Below are positions 9,289 to 18,843 of a DNA stretch of 64,000 nt, in pieces; position 1 is the stretch's first letter, and every line of letters starts with the position of its first letter. The position numbers and the translations under genes were made by a program. The stretch is from Candidatus Rifleibacteriota bacterium (lineage in GTDB: Bacteria; Muiribacteriota; Ozemobacteria; Ozemobacterales; Ozemobacteraceae): assembly GCA_012520995.1 (NCBI GenBank), contig JAAYNI010000033.1:128826-192825 (forward strand), in the 5' to 3' direction. The notes under the pieces were generated by a model. That model saw nothing but the letters and a program-made list of their open reading frames with translations, did no database searches and had not been told where the DNA came from.

Positions 9289-9561
9289 TGCTTTATTGCA
9301 GCTAAATGTTCGTTATCCGGTATATTTATTTGAGAGTTTTGTTCTCTGTTTTTCAAATCTAAAAAAATCAGCTGTTTAACAGCATCTCAAAGCAGTTGTC
9401 AATTTCGGTAATTGAGTCTAAACAATTTCATAGTCTATTGACCACTGTCCATTGTAGTGCGATTGCAGCGCCAGAACAGCATGAATAGTTTGTTGTCTTT
9501 GTTGTCATTGAACAGAGAAGTTTTAGCTGAAACACGGCACTAGAGTATAGGAGGCGAGGCA

Positions 9562-10214
9562 GTGAGATCTGCTTCCAGCATTTTGAAAACAATAGGTCTT
9601 TTGCTGTTTGCTTTGGCTATAATAGCTGTTATCAGCTGTAATTGGAAATATTTTACTCCATGCCTTATGAGGTTTTTTCTTTCGAAGTTGTTCCTTATGG
9701 CTTGCCAGATCTTCTTGAAGGACGTTATATAAAATTGAAATACAGCAACCTTGGACTTGCCGCAACCGATCTGAAAAAGGAAGAGTTGAAGTATGTGTTT
9801 CCGACTTTCAGTAAACAAGCAGCCTATATAACTCTTAAGCAGGAAGGCGAACTGACAAGACTTTCAAAGATATATTTTGATAAGAAAGACTTGCCTGACA
9901 ATGTTTCATTTATAACAACGAAAGAGCACTATATACACACAACGCCTGAAGAATTTACTGTCAGCAGAGGAAGTTTTTGGAATAAGCTGAAAGAACCTGT
10001 GTTTTTTGCTGTTGAGAATTTGCCTGTAACCAGATATTGTATGAAGAAAAGATTGTCTCCTGAGGCTGAAAAGCTATTGGCTTCTTCAGGGTTCAAATAT
10101 GAGGATAAAGAGATAAAAGCTGTTTTGTATTTGAGAGTTTATAAAAATGGACAGGTAGCTGCGGACAAGCTGACAGTTGGCGACAACTCTACTAAGCTGT
10201 CCACTTTGCATTAG
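9562..10214 (+). pseudogene. Second GDYXXLXY paralogue, frameshifted near 9651-9654
   Basis: AGGAGG RBS then GTG 9562 gives MRSASSILKTIGLLLFALAIIAVISCNWKYF (stop at 9732). The domain (YSMPYEVFSFEV...LLEGRYIKLKY...LSKIYFDKK...LSPEAEKLLAS...LRVYKNG) is in a different frame; one extra T in the T4 run would fuse them. Confidence 0.7.
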
Positions 10215-11503
10215 TTAGCGAAGACTACTTTCTCTACACAGCATTCTATTTTTACAGACTCAGCTATGCTTACATTATCTGGCACATTAATGAGAAGTGC
10301 TTTTTCCTGATTGTTCATAATTCGGCCTTCTCGTAGAACCTGAGCTGAAAACTCATGTTTTGTGCCAGTTTCTGAAGTGACTGTAAAATTTAAGGTCATT
10401 TCTATTATTTCTTTGTCAGTAAGATTTGTGCAGTAGACATTTAAAGCTTTACTTGCCATTTTTGGATCAGTTTCAATCTTTATATGTTTTTCTGTTATGG
10501 TTTTATATAGAGCATTCCATTCGCTTATATAATTTGATTCTTGAGGGAATGAATTGGAGAATCTATTTTGATTCTTGATAAATTCTGAAATAAAACCTCT
10601 GGAAGCCATAACTTGAAGTATCGGCAAAATCCATTCTGGATTGCCTGTTTCATAAAATTCAGATAGAGCAATTGAAAGGGCTTTGGTTTCAGTGTTTTGA
10701 TTTTTGGCATATTCAAGCACTTTATCAAAATCGTCTGTTGCATGGGCTGTTGCAAAAATGGTATCAATGCCGGCAGCCAAGGTGTTCCATTCTTGCAGGG
10801 TTACAGGTTTTACGCTGTCAGAGAATTCATATAAAAAAGCTCCTTGTCCTTCGGGGGTGAAGACTCTGGCTTTATAACCTTTGTTTCCTGAAAGTGGTAA
10901 AATATAGCCTTTAAAACCGCCTGGCCACTCATTTTTGTAAACTGTATTTGTTATTCCTTCGTCTACATATAATTTTCCTTTTGCTATGAGCCTTATTGGA
11001 TGCCAAGTTTCATTTAGGACTGCCTCGAAAAACTGCTGTGGAAGTAAAGGAATGGATGATTTAACTAAATAGTTATAAGTTTGGTGTGGCGGAAGCTCAT
11101 CTATGGATGTATCCAAAATGCGTATTTTTCGGCTTCTGGAACGACCGGCTCTTTTAAAAACAGCTGAATCCGTATATATTTCGGTCGGCGTGAAGTCGTT
11201 GGGTACAGGAAAGTTAAAATTGCCCATTTTGAAATAGTAAGAATCAGGGTTTTTTAAAAAACTATTTATTGAGAGTTCTACAGGTTGTGACAAAAACACT
11301 TCTTTTGGAATCTTTAAGCGTTTTGCATAATAGTCACGAAATAAAAAAGGGGCACTTATAACCAGAAGGGTAAAGAGCAGAAAAAGCAAAAGTGTAAGTA
11401 AGATTTTTTGAGTTCTATTCAGATAAAAAAGATTGGTTTTCTGCTTGGTTTTCTCGATGATTTCTTGAATTTTGAGTTGTGCGGTAGAACCCTGTTTGCT
11501 CAT
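10211..11503 (-). CDS. Hypothetical single-TM periplasmic protein
   Basis: 430-aa ORF, one N-terminal TM, 4-nt overlap with the upstream TPR gene. Confidence 0.75.
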   Translation of the reverse strand: MSKQGSTAQLKIQEIIEKTKQKTNLFYLNRTQKILLTLLLFLLFTLLVISAPFLFRDYYAKRLKIPKEVFLSQPVELSINSFLKNPDSYYFKMGNFNFPVPNDFTPTEIYTDSAVFKRAGRSRSRKIRILDTSIDELPPHQTYNYLVKSSIPLLPQQFFEAVLNETWHPIRLIAKGKLYVDEGITNTVYKNEWPGGFKGYILPLSGNKGYKARVFTPEGQGAFLYEFSDSVKPVTLQEWNTLAAGIDTIFATAHATDDFDKVLEYAKNQNTETKALSIALSEFYETGNPEWILPILQVMASRGFISEFIKNQNRFSNSFPQESNYISEWNALYKTITEKHIKIETDPKMASKALNVYCTNLTDKEIIEMTLNFTVTSETGTKHEFSAQVLREGRIMNNQEKALLINVPDNVSIAESVKIECCVEKVVFAN

Positions 11504-12651
11504 AGCGAGTCAGAGGATGTTTTAATTATTTGCAACTCTTCAATCAGATTTTGAACATTATCAAAAAGAGCAGTTTCAGGATATTCTGCTATTAATTGCT
11601 GGCAAAGCTGCAAAGCTTCTTCGATTTTGCCTGAAGAAATAAGAAAATCACATTTTTGCATCAGCAGCCTGTCATAAAGCTTATTGCCCTTAAGGCTTGT
11701 CAGAGCTTCGTCTAAAGCGAGCTTAGCTGAATCTGTTTTTCCTGTTTTGTTAGATCGGGCTATTTCATAGTATGTTTTGAGGGCATTTAAGTTGTCCATG
11801 TTAGCATTCAGGAACTCAAGTTCACTTTGAGCCTTTTCCACGCAATCTTCTTCCGGCAATTCTAAAACGATTTTTTCGTATAATTCCATGGCTCTTTGGA
11901 AATTGAAAGAGAAAGCGGAGGCTTCCGCTTGCTGTATCAACATCTCTGCGAATATTTCGGGAGTGATTTCTCCAGAAGAGGCTGCTATCGCTTGCTCATA
12001 TAGCTGGGCTGAGAGAGCTGGATCCCCGCTTAGCATAGCATAAGCGGCTTTGTTCATTATTATATTAAAATGATTGCCTGAGGAAAGTCTTGAATCTTTC
12101 AAAACTATTTTGCCGTTTTCATAGGCCAGAATTTTGGATGCAATCAGAAGCGGGGGGCCGTAGTCATGGTAAATCAGCTTTTGTTGAGCATGTATTGCCG
12201 GTTTGCCTTGATAGTTAGCTATATAAAGTTCTTTGCACCAATTGTTTTCAGGATCCGCTTCATTTAAAATAAACGGGATTTTTTCGGGAGTTCCGCTTTT
12301 TAATGTGTAAAAGAGCGGCAAGAGCTCGTCATATGAAGAGAAGGAAATGAGAACTATAAGTTCGTCATGTCCGTCTAAATCCAAGTCGTGTCTGACCAAG
12401 CCTTTGGGTATATAGCCGTCATAGGCATCAAAAAGTATTTTTTCGCCATTTTCTTTTTCTAAGCATAGCTCGGCTCTGATTATATTTTCATCGCTCCGAG
12501 CTGCTAAGGAAAATAGTCCAAGTCCTTTAACAAGAGTTTCGTATGCAAAGGATTCAATTGGGAATAGGATGAGCAAAGACAGTGCTATAAGAGCAAGAAC
12601 TGCTCGGGTTTGCTTCTTTAAAGAATTTTTAAGCGGCATAAAAAACTCCAT
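11500..12651 (-). CDS. Exported TPR-repeat protein
   Basis: Signal peptide, DLDLDGHDE Ca-binding-like motif, TPR-like helices (AMELYEKIVLELP, ALQLCQQLIAEYP). Start may be 12639. Confidence 0.75.
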   Translation of the reverse strand: MEFFMPLKNSLKKQTRAVLALIALSLLILFPIESFAYETLVKGLGLFSLAARSDENIIRAELCLEKENGEKILFDAYDGYIPKGLVRHDLDLDGHDELIVLISFSSYDELLPLFYTLKSGTPEKIPFILNEADPENNWCKELYIANYQGKPAIHAQQKLIYHDYGPPLLIASKILAYENGKIVLKDSRLSSGNHFNIIMNKAAYAMLSGDPALSAQLYEQAIAASSGEITPEIFAEMLIQQAEASAFSFNFQRAMELYEKIVLELPEEDCVEKAQSELEFLNANMDNLNALKTYYEIARSNKTGKTDSAKLALDEALTSLKGNKLYDRLLMQKCDFLISSGKIEEALQLCQQLIAEYPETALFDNVQNLIEELQIIKTSSDSL

Positions 12652-13658
12652 CAAATGCCAAAGCGTTCTCTGTATGCTTGTTTTGATAATTCAAGGGCTC
12701 TTGAGGCCACTTCATCTATGTTTGCTTCAAGGCTGCATCCAGAGGCAGCCAAATGTCCGCCTCCTCCAAAGGCTACGGCTACGTCTCTGACGTTTATTCC
12801 GCCTCTGGAACGAAATTCGCAGGCAGTCATACCATCTTCTCGTTCAAAAACGGTGATTGCAAGCATCACGCTTCTTATGGTGAGCGGCATATTAAAGATG
12901 CCGCTTCCATAAATGTTGGAGACTGTTGCATTCAAGGCTTTGAGATCTTTTTGTTTTATGACTGACAAAGAAATTTTATCATCTTCATGGGTTTCAAGAT
13001 TGCTCAAAGCTAATGAAAGGACTTGGAGATCAGTAAAGCTGCGGCTGGAATTCAGTCTTTCCAAAATCGGCATTTGATCCAATCCAGTGGAAAGTAATAT
13101 TGAAGCAGCTTTGTGAGTGTCAGCAGAGACATTGTCTACCTGAAAAAATCTTGAGTCTGTAAACATGCCCAAGATCAAACTTTCAGCTGCATCTTTATCT
13201 AATGGAAATCCAAATTTGTCAAAGAAGAGTGTTAGTATCTGGGTGGTAGCCGCAGATGAAGTGTCGACAAGGTTTATATTGCCGAACATGGTGTTGCTGG
13301 CGTGGTGATCTATATTTACCAGAGGAGTTTTATTGGAATCTCTGATGACTTTGCAGCCAGTTCTTTCTTCTTCTCCACAATCGAGGACTACATACACATC
13401 GTGGTCGGAAACAAATTCTGTTTCTCTGATTTGATTTATATTGTCGGGAAATAGATATGCGAAGGAGCCTGGAATATTATCAGGCATCAGCAAATCCACC
13501 TTTTTGCCAAGTGCGTTGAGTACCTTGAAAAGACCCGATAAAGAGCCGCAAGCATCTCCATCAGGTCTAAGATGAGCTGAAACAAGGAAGGATTCAGAGT
13601 CGCGGAACAATTCCGCGGCTCGTTTTGCTTCATCATAAAGTTTATTATTCAAGGGCAT
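12651..13658 (-). CDS. nrnA: DHH/DHHA1 phosphoesterase (NrnA-like oligoribonuclease/pAp phosphatase)
   Basis: HLRPDGDACGS, VLDC, NIDHH, TDS, GGGGHLAASG. Confidence 0.88.
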   Translation of the reverse strand: MPLNNKLYDEAKRAAELFRDSESFLVSAHLRPDGDACGSLSGLFKVLNALGKKVDLLMPDNIPGSFAYLFPDNINQIRETEFVSDHDVYVVLDCGEEERTGCKVIRDSNKTPLVNIDHHASNTMFGNINLVDTSSAATTQILTLFFDKFGFPLDKDAAESLILGMFTDSRFFQVDNVSADTHKAASILLSTGLDQMPILERLNSSRSFTDLQVLSLALSNLETHEDDKISLSVIKQKDLKALNATVSNIYGSGIFNMPLTIRSVMLAITVFEREDGMTACEFRSRGGINVRDVAVAFGGGGHLAASGCSLEANIDEVASRALELSKQAYRERFGI

Positions 13659-15111
13659 CGTCTGTGTCCGTTACATATTTCAGTATTGCGTCTACGTCTT
13701 TTTTCATAAGGTCGCAATAGTTGGTTTTAGCATCAGGCAATTCGCCTTCTGGGCCTATTTCAGCCAGGTCTATTGTAGCTTTTTCTAGAACGTCCGCAAG
13801 CATATCGCGAATCTCAAACCAAGCAGTCAGGCGAGGTTCAAAGGAAGCAAACTCAAGGCTTTCGTAACCAGCGTTAAGGCGCGAGTCATTGCGTCTTGCT
13901 TCCATCATTTCAGGAGAAGTGACAGAAGATATGCGGACAGGCAGATAGGTTGTGTTGCGGCTCCAGTATGAGCCGTTTTCAGTTGAGGTGAACCATTTTA
14001 CGAAGTCCCAAGCGCCTGCGATTTTTTCAGGATCGCCGTTATTGAATATGTTTATGTTGGTTCCTGAAAGAATAAGACCCATGTTCAGGTATGGTTCTCC
14101 GTCTTTTTCCATTTCATAGCCTGGCATGGGTGCCATTCCCCAATCAAATCGGATGGAATTTTGCATATACACCTTACTGACTATACTTGCTTCTATCATA
14201 GCTACTTTGCCTGAAGTGAAGTCGTTTTGATGGTCAAAGCCTTGTCCTTCTTTGGCATATCTGAAGGTTACCGTTCTTTCTTTGCCATCTTTGTCCAAGG
14301 CAGTTTTTTTGCGGTAGCGCATGAGTTCCTGGAGGATTTTCAAAGCTTTTACAGCAGGTTCTTCATCAAAGTGGGAGTAGAGAATGCCGTCTGAGCCTTG
14401 GCTAACAATTTTGCCGCCGCAAGCTCTGACTTTGCAGAGGTAGGTCCAAACGTTAGCCGCTGAACTCGCAAAGCCGCAATAATCATATTTGCCAGGTTGT
14501 TTGCCGTAATAATCGGTAATTTTTTTGCAATACTCGATCATCTGTTGATAGGATTTCGGGGGCTTTTCCGGATCCAGACCTACTTCCCGGAACATATCCT
14601 TATTGTAGTAAAGTATAGGAACGCTTTTGTTGAAAGGGAAGGAGTAAAGAATACCATCGTAAGTGTTGTTTCTGAGAAGCACAGGTATGATATCTTTTCT
14701 GATATCTTCGCCGCCAGCTGCTATATCTTTTTCTATAAGTTCATCCAGAGAGACAATTTTTTTGTGAGTAATGAACTTTTTAGTGAGGGTTTCATAGTTT
14801 TGAGCTATATCGGGAGCTTCTTTTGCGATAAGCGAGGCCAAAAGCTTCTTGGATAGGGTATCGTAACTGCCCATTGAAACCGCTTTTAAGTGGTATTTGT
14901 CACTTTGTGCATTGTAATTGGCGATCATTTCATTCATGACATCGCCAAGAACCCCGCCCATTGCATGCCAGAATACCACTTCGGTTCTGCCGCCTCCAGC
15001 ACTTTCAACCTCAACTCTGGCTTTTCTGGCTCTAGAGTTGGGGCCAAAAAGCATATATACGGTTACCAGCCATATAATGAATACTATTATTAAGAAATGT
15101 TTTGGTTTCAT
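13645..15111 (-). CDS. ABC transporter substrate-binding protein (UgpB-like, CUT1)
   Basis: VVFWHAMGG, PFNKSVPILYYNKDMF, AWDFVKW, TYLPVR; N-terminal TM anchor. Confidence 0.88.
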   Translation of the reverse strand: MKPKHFLIIVFIIWLVTVYMLFGPNSRARKARVEVESAGGGRTEVVFWHAMGGVLGDVMNEMIANYNAQSDKYHLKAVSMGSYDTLSKKLLASLIAKEAPDIAQNYETLTKKFITHKKIVSLDELIEKDIAAGGEDIRKDIIPVLLRNNTYDGILYSFPFNKSVPILYYNKDMFREVGLDPEKPPKSYQQMIEYCKKITDYYGKQPGKYDYCGFASSAANVWTYLCKVRACGGKIVSQGSDGILYSHFDEEPAVKALKILQELMRYRKKTALDKDGKERTVTFRYAKEGQGFDHQNDFTSGKVAMIEASIVSKVYMQNSIRFDWGMAPMPGYEMEKDGEPYLNMGLILSGTNINIFNNGDPEKIAGAWDFVKWFTSTENGSYWSRNTTYLPVRISSVTSPEMMEARRNDSRLNAGYESLEFASFEPRLTAWFEIRDMLADVLEKATIDLAEIGPEGELPDAKTNYCDLMKKDVDAILKYVTDTDDALE

Positions 15112-15115
15112 TATA

Positions 15116-16144
15116 TCACTCCTTCATTCCGCTGCTCATCTGCGACTCAACAAACTGCTTTTGAGCGAAGAAGTACATAATCATCAGCGGTAAAACAGTC
15201 ATGGTCGAGGCTGCCATCAAGGGGCCCCAATCATTGCCCGCGTCAGACTGGAAGTAGCTCAAACCTACTTGCAAAACTCTCAGGTTTTCATCGTTTGTAA
15301 CTATTAAGGGCCAAATAAAGGCGTTCCAGTTTGAGAGGAAAGTGAAGATTCCCAATGTGACCAGCGGGGATTTGCAGAGAGGCAGAGCTACCATCCAGTA
15401 AAACTGGAAGCGAGTGCATCCGTCGATGGTCGCAGCTTCAAAGAGGTCTTTGGGCAGCTGCATAAAGAACTGTCTCAAGAAGAATACCGCATAGGCAGAG
15501 GCAAACCAAGGAACTGTTAAAGCCAGATAGGTATTGACCCATCCGATTTTTGACAAAACTATGTAGTTGGGAATCAGCAAAGCTTGCTGAGGCAACATCA
15601 TTGTGCCAAGCAGAAGCATAAATAGAGCATTTTGATAGGGAAATTTGAAGAATGCGAAGGAAAAGGCTGCTAAGGAAGCAAAGAATAGCGAAACGGCAGT
15701 AACAGTGATACTCACAAATATCGTATTGAGAAAATACTGTCCAAAAGGCTGTTGCTTTAAGGCTTCTTTATAGTTGTCCCATAATTCGAAGGGTTTTCGC
15801 AACTTTCTGTCTTTTTCCTGAGCTTCTTTCATCAGGCTGTCTATGGATACATTTTTGCCTGCTTTGACTAATTCAGCCTGTTTTTTTTCAGCAGCAGCTT
15901 TGGCTTCATTCCATGCCTTCTCATCATTTGCTTGTTGCTCTAAACGGGCTTTTGCATCATCATCGTTGAAAATTTCCGGTCTCATGCTGTCTGGCAAGAC
16001 ATTGATTGTATCGCTTGGCGCAGTCAGCTCAGCTTTGCTCTTGAAGGATGAGAAGAACATCCAGACAAATGGGAAAAGCATGAAAAAAGAGCCAATAATA
16101 AGCAGGAGGTGAACCGTAAAATGTTTTAGTTGTTGTGTTGTCAT
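15116..16144 (-). CDS. Carbohydrate ABC transporter permease (UgpE/MalG-like)
   Basis: FPFVWMFFSSFK, EAATIDGC EAA loop, WNAFIWPL; extra charged loop after TM1. Confidence 0.9.
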   Translation of the reverse strand: MTTQQLKHFTVHLLLIIGSFFMLFPFVWMFFSSFKSKAELTAPSDTINVLPDSMRPEIFNDDDAKARLEQQANDEKAWNEAKAAAEKKQAELVKAGKNVSIDSLMKEAQEKDRKLRKPFELWDNYKEALKQQPFGQYFLNTIFVSITVTAVSLFFASLAAFSFAFFKFPYQNALFMLLLGTMMLPQQALLIPNYIVLSKIGWVNTYLALTVPWFASAYAVFFLRQFFMQLPKDLFEAATIDGCTRFQFYWMVALPLCKSPLVTLGIFTFLSNWNAFIWPLIVTNDENLRVLQVGLSYFQSDAGNDWGPLMAASTMTVLPLMIMYFFAQKQFVESQMSSGMKE

Positions 16145-16159
16145 TGTTCAGCCTCTCTT

Positions 16160-17077
16160 TCAGTTGTAGTGAACACGCTTTTCGACTACAAGTTTGTTGA
16201 AGAGAGTCAAAGCGAGAATTATAAGGAAGAGTACAAAGGCCATAGCCAAAGCATAGCCGAACTCGAATTGTTCAAAGGCTTTTCTGTAAAGGTAATAAAC
16301 CACAACCATCGTGGATTTGAGAGGACCTCCTCGCGGAGTCATCATATAGACCTGCGAAAAGACTTGGAACGAGCCTATGACCGACATGACTGTAATAAAG
16401 AATGTTGTCGGAGTTAAAAGTGGCCAAGTTATGTGGCGGAATTGCTGAAAAACATTTGCTCCGTCCAAGGTGGCTGCTTCATAAAGCTGCTTGGGAATGT
16501 TTTGAAGGCCTGCAAGGAAGATAATTATATTGCTTCCCAAGCCTTTCCATACGCTCATTACTACTATGGCCATCATGGCTGTTTTCGGGTTTTGAAGCCA
16601 TCGGACAGGCTCTAACCCAAAGCCCGCAAGAACCTTGTTTAAAAGTCCGAACTCGGGGTTATATATAAAGTTCCATACTAGTGCTACGGCGTTGATGGAA
16701 GTAATAACAGGTAAAAAATAGATGGTTCTGTAAACGCCTATGCCTTTGATTGGATTGTTCAGCAAAATTGCTATGAACATTGAGAGAAAAATTATCAACG
16801 GTATGCTTGTAAGAGCATATATTGCTGTATTGATTAAAGATTTTTTGAATAATGGATCGCTGAATAGTCTTGCGTAGTTATGAAAGCCGATGAGTTTCGG
16901 CGAGCCGATCAAATCCCACTCAAAGAAGCTTACGACTAAGGCCATAACCATAGGCAGGACGTGAAAAGCGATTATTATTATTAGAACTGGCAGCAAATAA
17001 GCGTATGCTCCCCAGTCTATTTTTTTTGTTTTATTCATTGTCTTTTCCTGTTTGAGATCGAGAGCCAAGGTCTCCAT
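16160..17077 (-). CDS. Carbohydrate ABC transporter permease (UgpA/MalF-like)
   Basis: FLAGLQNIPKQLYEAATLDGA, TWPLLTPT; start may be 17038. Confidence 0.92.
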   Translation of the reverse strand: METLALDLKQEKTMNKTKKIDWGAYAYLLPVLIIIIAFHVLPMVMALVVSFFEWDLIGSPKLIGFHNYARLFSDPLFKKSLINTAIYALTSIPLIIFLSMFIAILLNNPIKGIGVYRTIYFLPVITSINAVALVWNFIYNPEFGLLNKVLAGFGLEPVRWLQNPKTAMMAIVVMSVWKGLGSNIIIFLAGLQNIPKQLYEAATLDGANVFQQFRHITWPLLTPTTFFITVMSVIGSFQVFSQVYMMTPRGGPLKSTMVVVYYLYRKAFEQFEFGYALAMAFVLFLIILALTLFNKLVVEKRVHYN

Positions 17078-17110
17078 ACTGCCTGCGGAGACCTTGGATT
17101 TTAGATTGTT

Positions 17111-18736
17111 TTAGCGTTTTTTGCTGGTGGCAAGAAACTTCATGAGATTGTCATAAAGCTGGGGTGTTTCATGTATGAAAGGATTGGGGCCAGGCTGAGC
17201 CATGTTGATGTCGCTGTCGGGATATTGATAATCAGTGAAGTTGCAGCAACCGCTCAGAACTAAGGTTCCGTTGACTATTTTTTCCATAGCCATCATGGGG
17301 ATTCCTGAGCCTTTTTCATACATAACAGCAGGTATTTTAGGGAATCCGTCTTTATTAAAGGTATCTTTTCCGCCTTTAACCAAAATTTCAACTCCATCGC
17401 TTTCTTTTAGAGGCTGATTTTTACGATTGATCAGAGAACAGCTGCCCCAGAAGATGGCTTTTTTGAGTCCATTGGTTACAGGGTGGTTTTCCTTGAAGTT
17501 GAAGGCTATTACGCCCCAAGGTTTATTGGTTTTATTCTTGGGGTCATGAATCTGGTCATCGTTAAAGCGCATTACGGCACCGATCTTTGTTAGAAGATTG
17601 TTCAAGGTTTGAGTGCCTCTGAGCCTGTCAGAGTCCCAAGCGCATGCCAAAAAGAGGTTGCCGCCGCTCATAAACCAATCGGATATAGCTGCGACTTCGC
17701 TGTCGAGAATTTTAAGACTGGGATCTGGAATAATCAGGGTGTTGAAGTTTTTAAGTGTTTCAGGCTTGATTAGATTCAAGCTGTAATAAACCTTCAATCC
17801 CATTTTGTTCATGTGTCTTTCAAAGGTAGCCATTTTGTCGGAAGATGCGTTTCCATGGGCTGCATCTACGAGAATGTTTATCTTTTTTTCGGAGGCCTTG
17901 GCTTCATTGAAAAAACTGACTTTTCTGGAAGGAATTCTTTTGGAAGGGTTTTCACCTGTAATCCAAGTAACAGCGTTATAAGCTATTTGCGGGTGCGAAT
18001 ACATGAAAGAGTCATAGCTGTCATGCAATTTGCCTTTGGTGCCGTCGCCTGTGCCATCATCGAAAGGTGAACTATCGCCGATGGCGAAAACTCTGCCTTT
18101 GTGATACTCAGAGACTAGCATGTAAGGAGCTTTGGCTATTCTGCTGTCTACTAATCCTGTTACCTTGGTATTGGGAGCTGAGAGTATTTCCATTGTTGCG
18201 CCTGCCCATATGCCTACAGCTCTGAAGCCATACATGGCAGGGTGAGATGTGTTTATCTTTCCTGTTACGGGCGCTTCATAGACAGTATTTTGCATAAATT
18301 TGAAACCAAACTCAGGAACGAACTCGTTGAAAATTCTTACTGCGTCCCAGCCGTTTCCGTTTCGGTCTGCATTGTGGTGATCGGAAATAATAAAAAGGCC
18401 GCCGCCGTTTTTGACGTAGTTTACCAATGCTTCAATTTCAGATTTTGAGTAGGGATCATTCGGCTCTGGCAAGACTATGGCATCATAAGTTTTAACAAGT
18501 TCATGTGTAAAAACTTTGCCTGGACTTACAGCACTAAGATTGTCCAATTTGTACCCGTTTTCTTTCAGCATGTCGCCCATGTCAGAATAACCGCCTTCGA
18601 TTATCCAGCTTGCGTTGCCTGCTGTTTGGGCATGAGTGTTGTCAAAAAGAACCCTTTTTGGAGCAGCATTTAGAGAACTTGGGAAAATTATAGCTAAAAG
18701 GAACAAGGACATTATAAAGGTTGTGAGCTTTTTCAT
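17111..18736 (-). CDS. Secreted protein with two tandem class-I GATase-like (DUF4350/GldG-like) domains
   Basis: Signal peptide; domain 1 VLFDNTHAQTAGNASWIIEGGYSD...PEPN...GGGLFIISDHHNADRN...IGDSSPFDDGT; domain 2 ILVDAAHGN...IPDP...SGGNLFL. Confidence 0.7.
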   Translation of the reverse strand: MKKLTTFIMSLFLLAIIFPSSLNAAPKRVLFDNTHAQTAGNASWIIEGGYSDMGDMLKENGYKLDNLSAVSPGKVFTHELVKTYDAIVLPEPNDPYSKSEIEALVNYVKNGGGLFIISDHHNADRNGNGWDAVRIFNEFVPEFGFKFMQNTVYEAPVTGKINTSHPAMYGFRAVGIWAGATMEILSAPNTKVTGLVDSRIAKAPYMLVSEYHKGRVFAIGDSSPFDDGTGDGTKGKLHDSYDSFMYSHPQIAYNAVTWITGENPSKRIPSRKVSFFNEAKASEKKINILVDAAHGNASSDKMATFERHMNKMGLKVYYSLNLIKPETLKNFNTLIIPDPSLKILDSEVAAISDWFMSGGNLFLACAWDSDRLRGTQTLNNLLTKIGAVMRFNDDQIHDPKNKTNKPWGVIAFNFKENHPVTNGLKKAIFWGSCSLINRKNQPLKESDGVEILVKGGKDTFNKDGFPKIPAVMYEKGSGIPMMAMEKIVNGTLVLSGCCNFTDYQYPDSDINMAQPGPNPFIHETPQLYDNLMKFLATSKKR

Positions 18737-18770
18737 TTATTCCCTCCTTATTTTACAAATGTACAAACAG

Positions 18771-18799
18771 AGTATAGGAAAAAAAAAAATCTATGGCAA
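18771..18799 (-). promoter_or_regulatory. sigma70 promoter with T11 homopolymer spacer
   Basis: Minus strand TTGCCA-17 nt-TATACT; plus-strand A11 at 18779-18789 lies inside the spacer. Confidence 0.7.
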
Positions 18800-18843
18800 C
18801 TTGAAAAGCAAATTAGGATTTAATTCTTGTTTAGTTTTATGAA

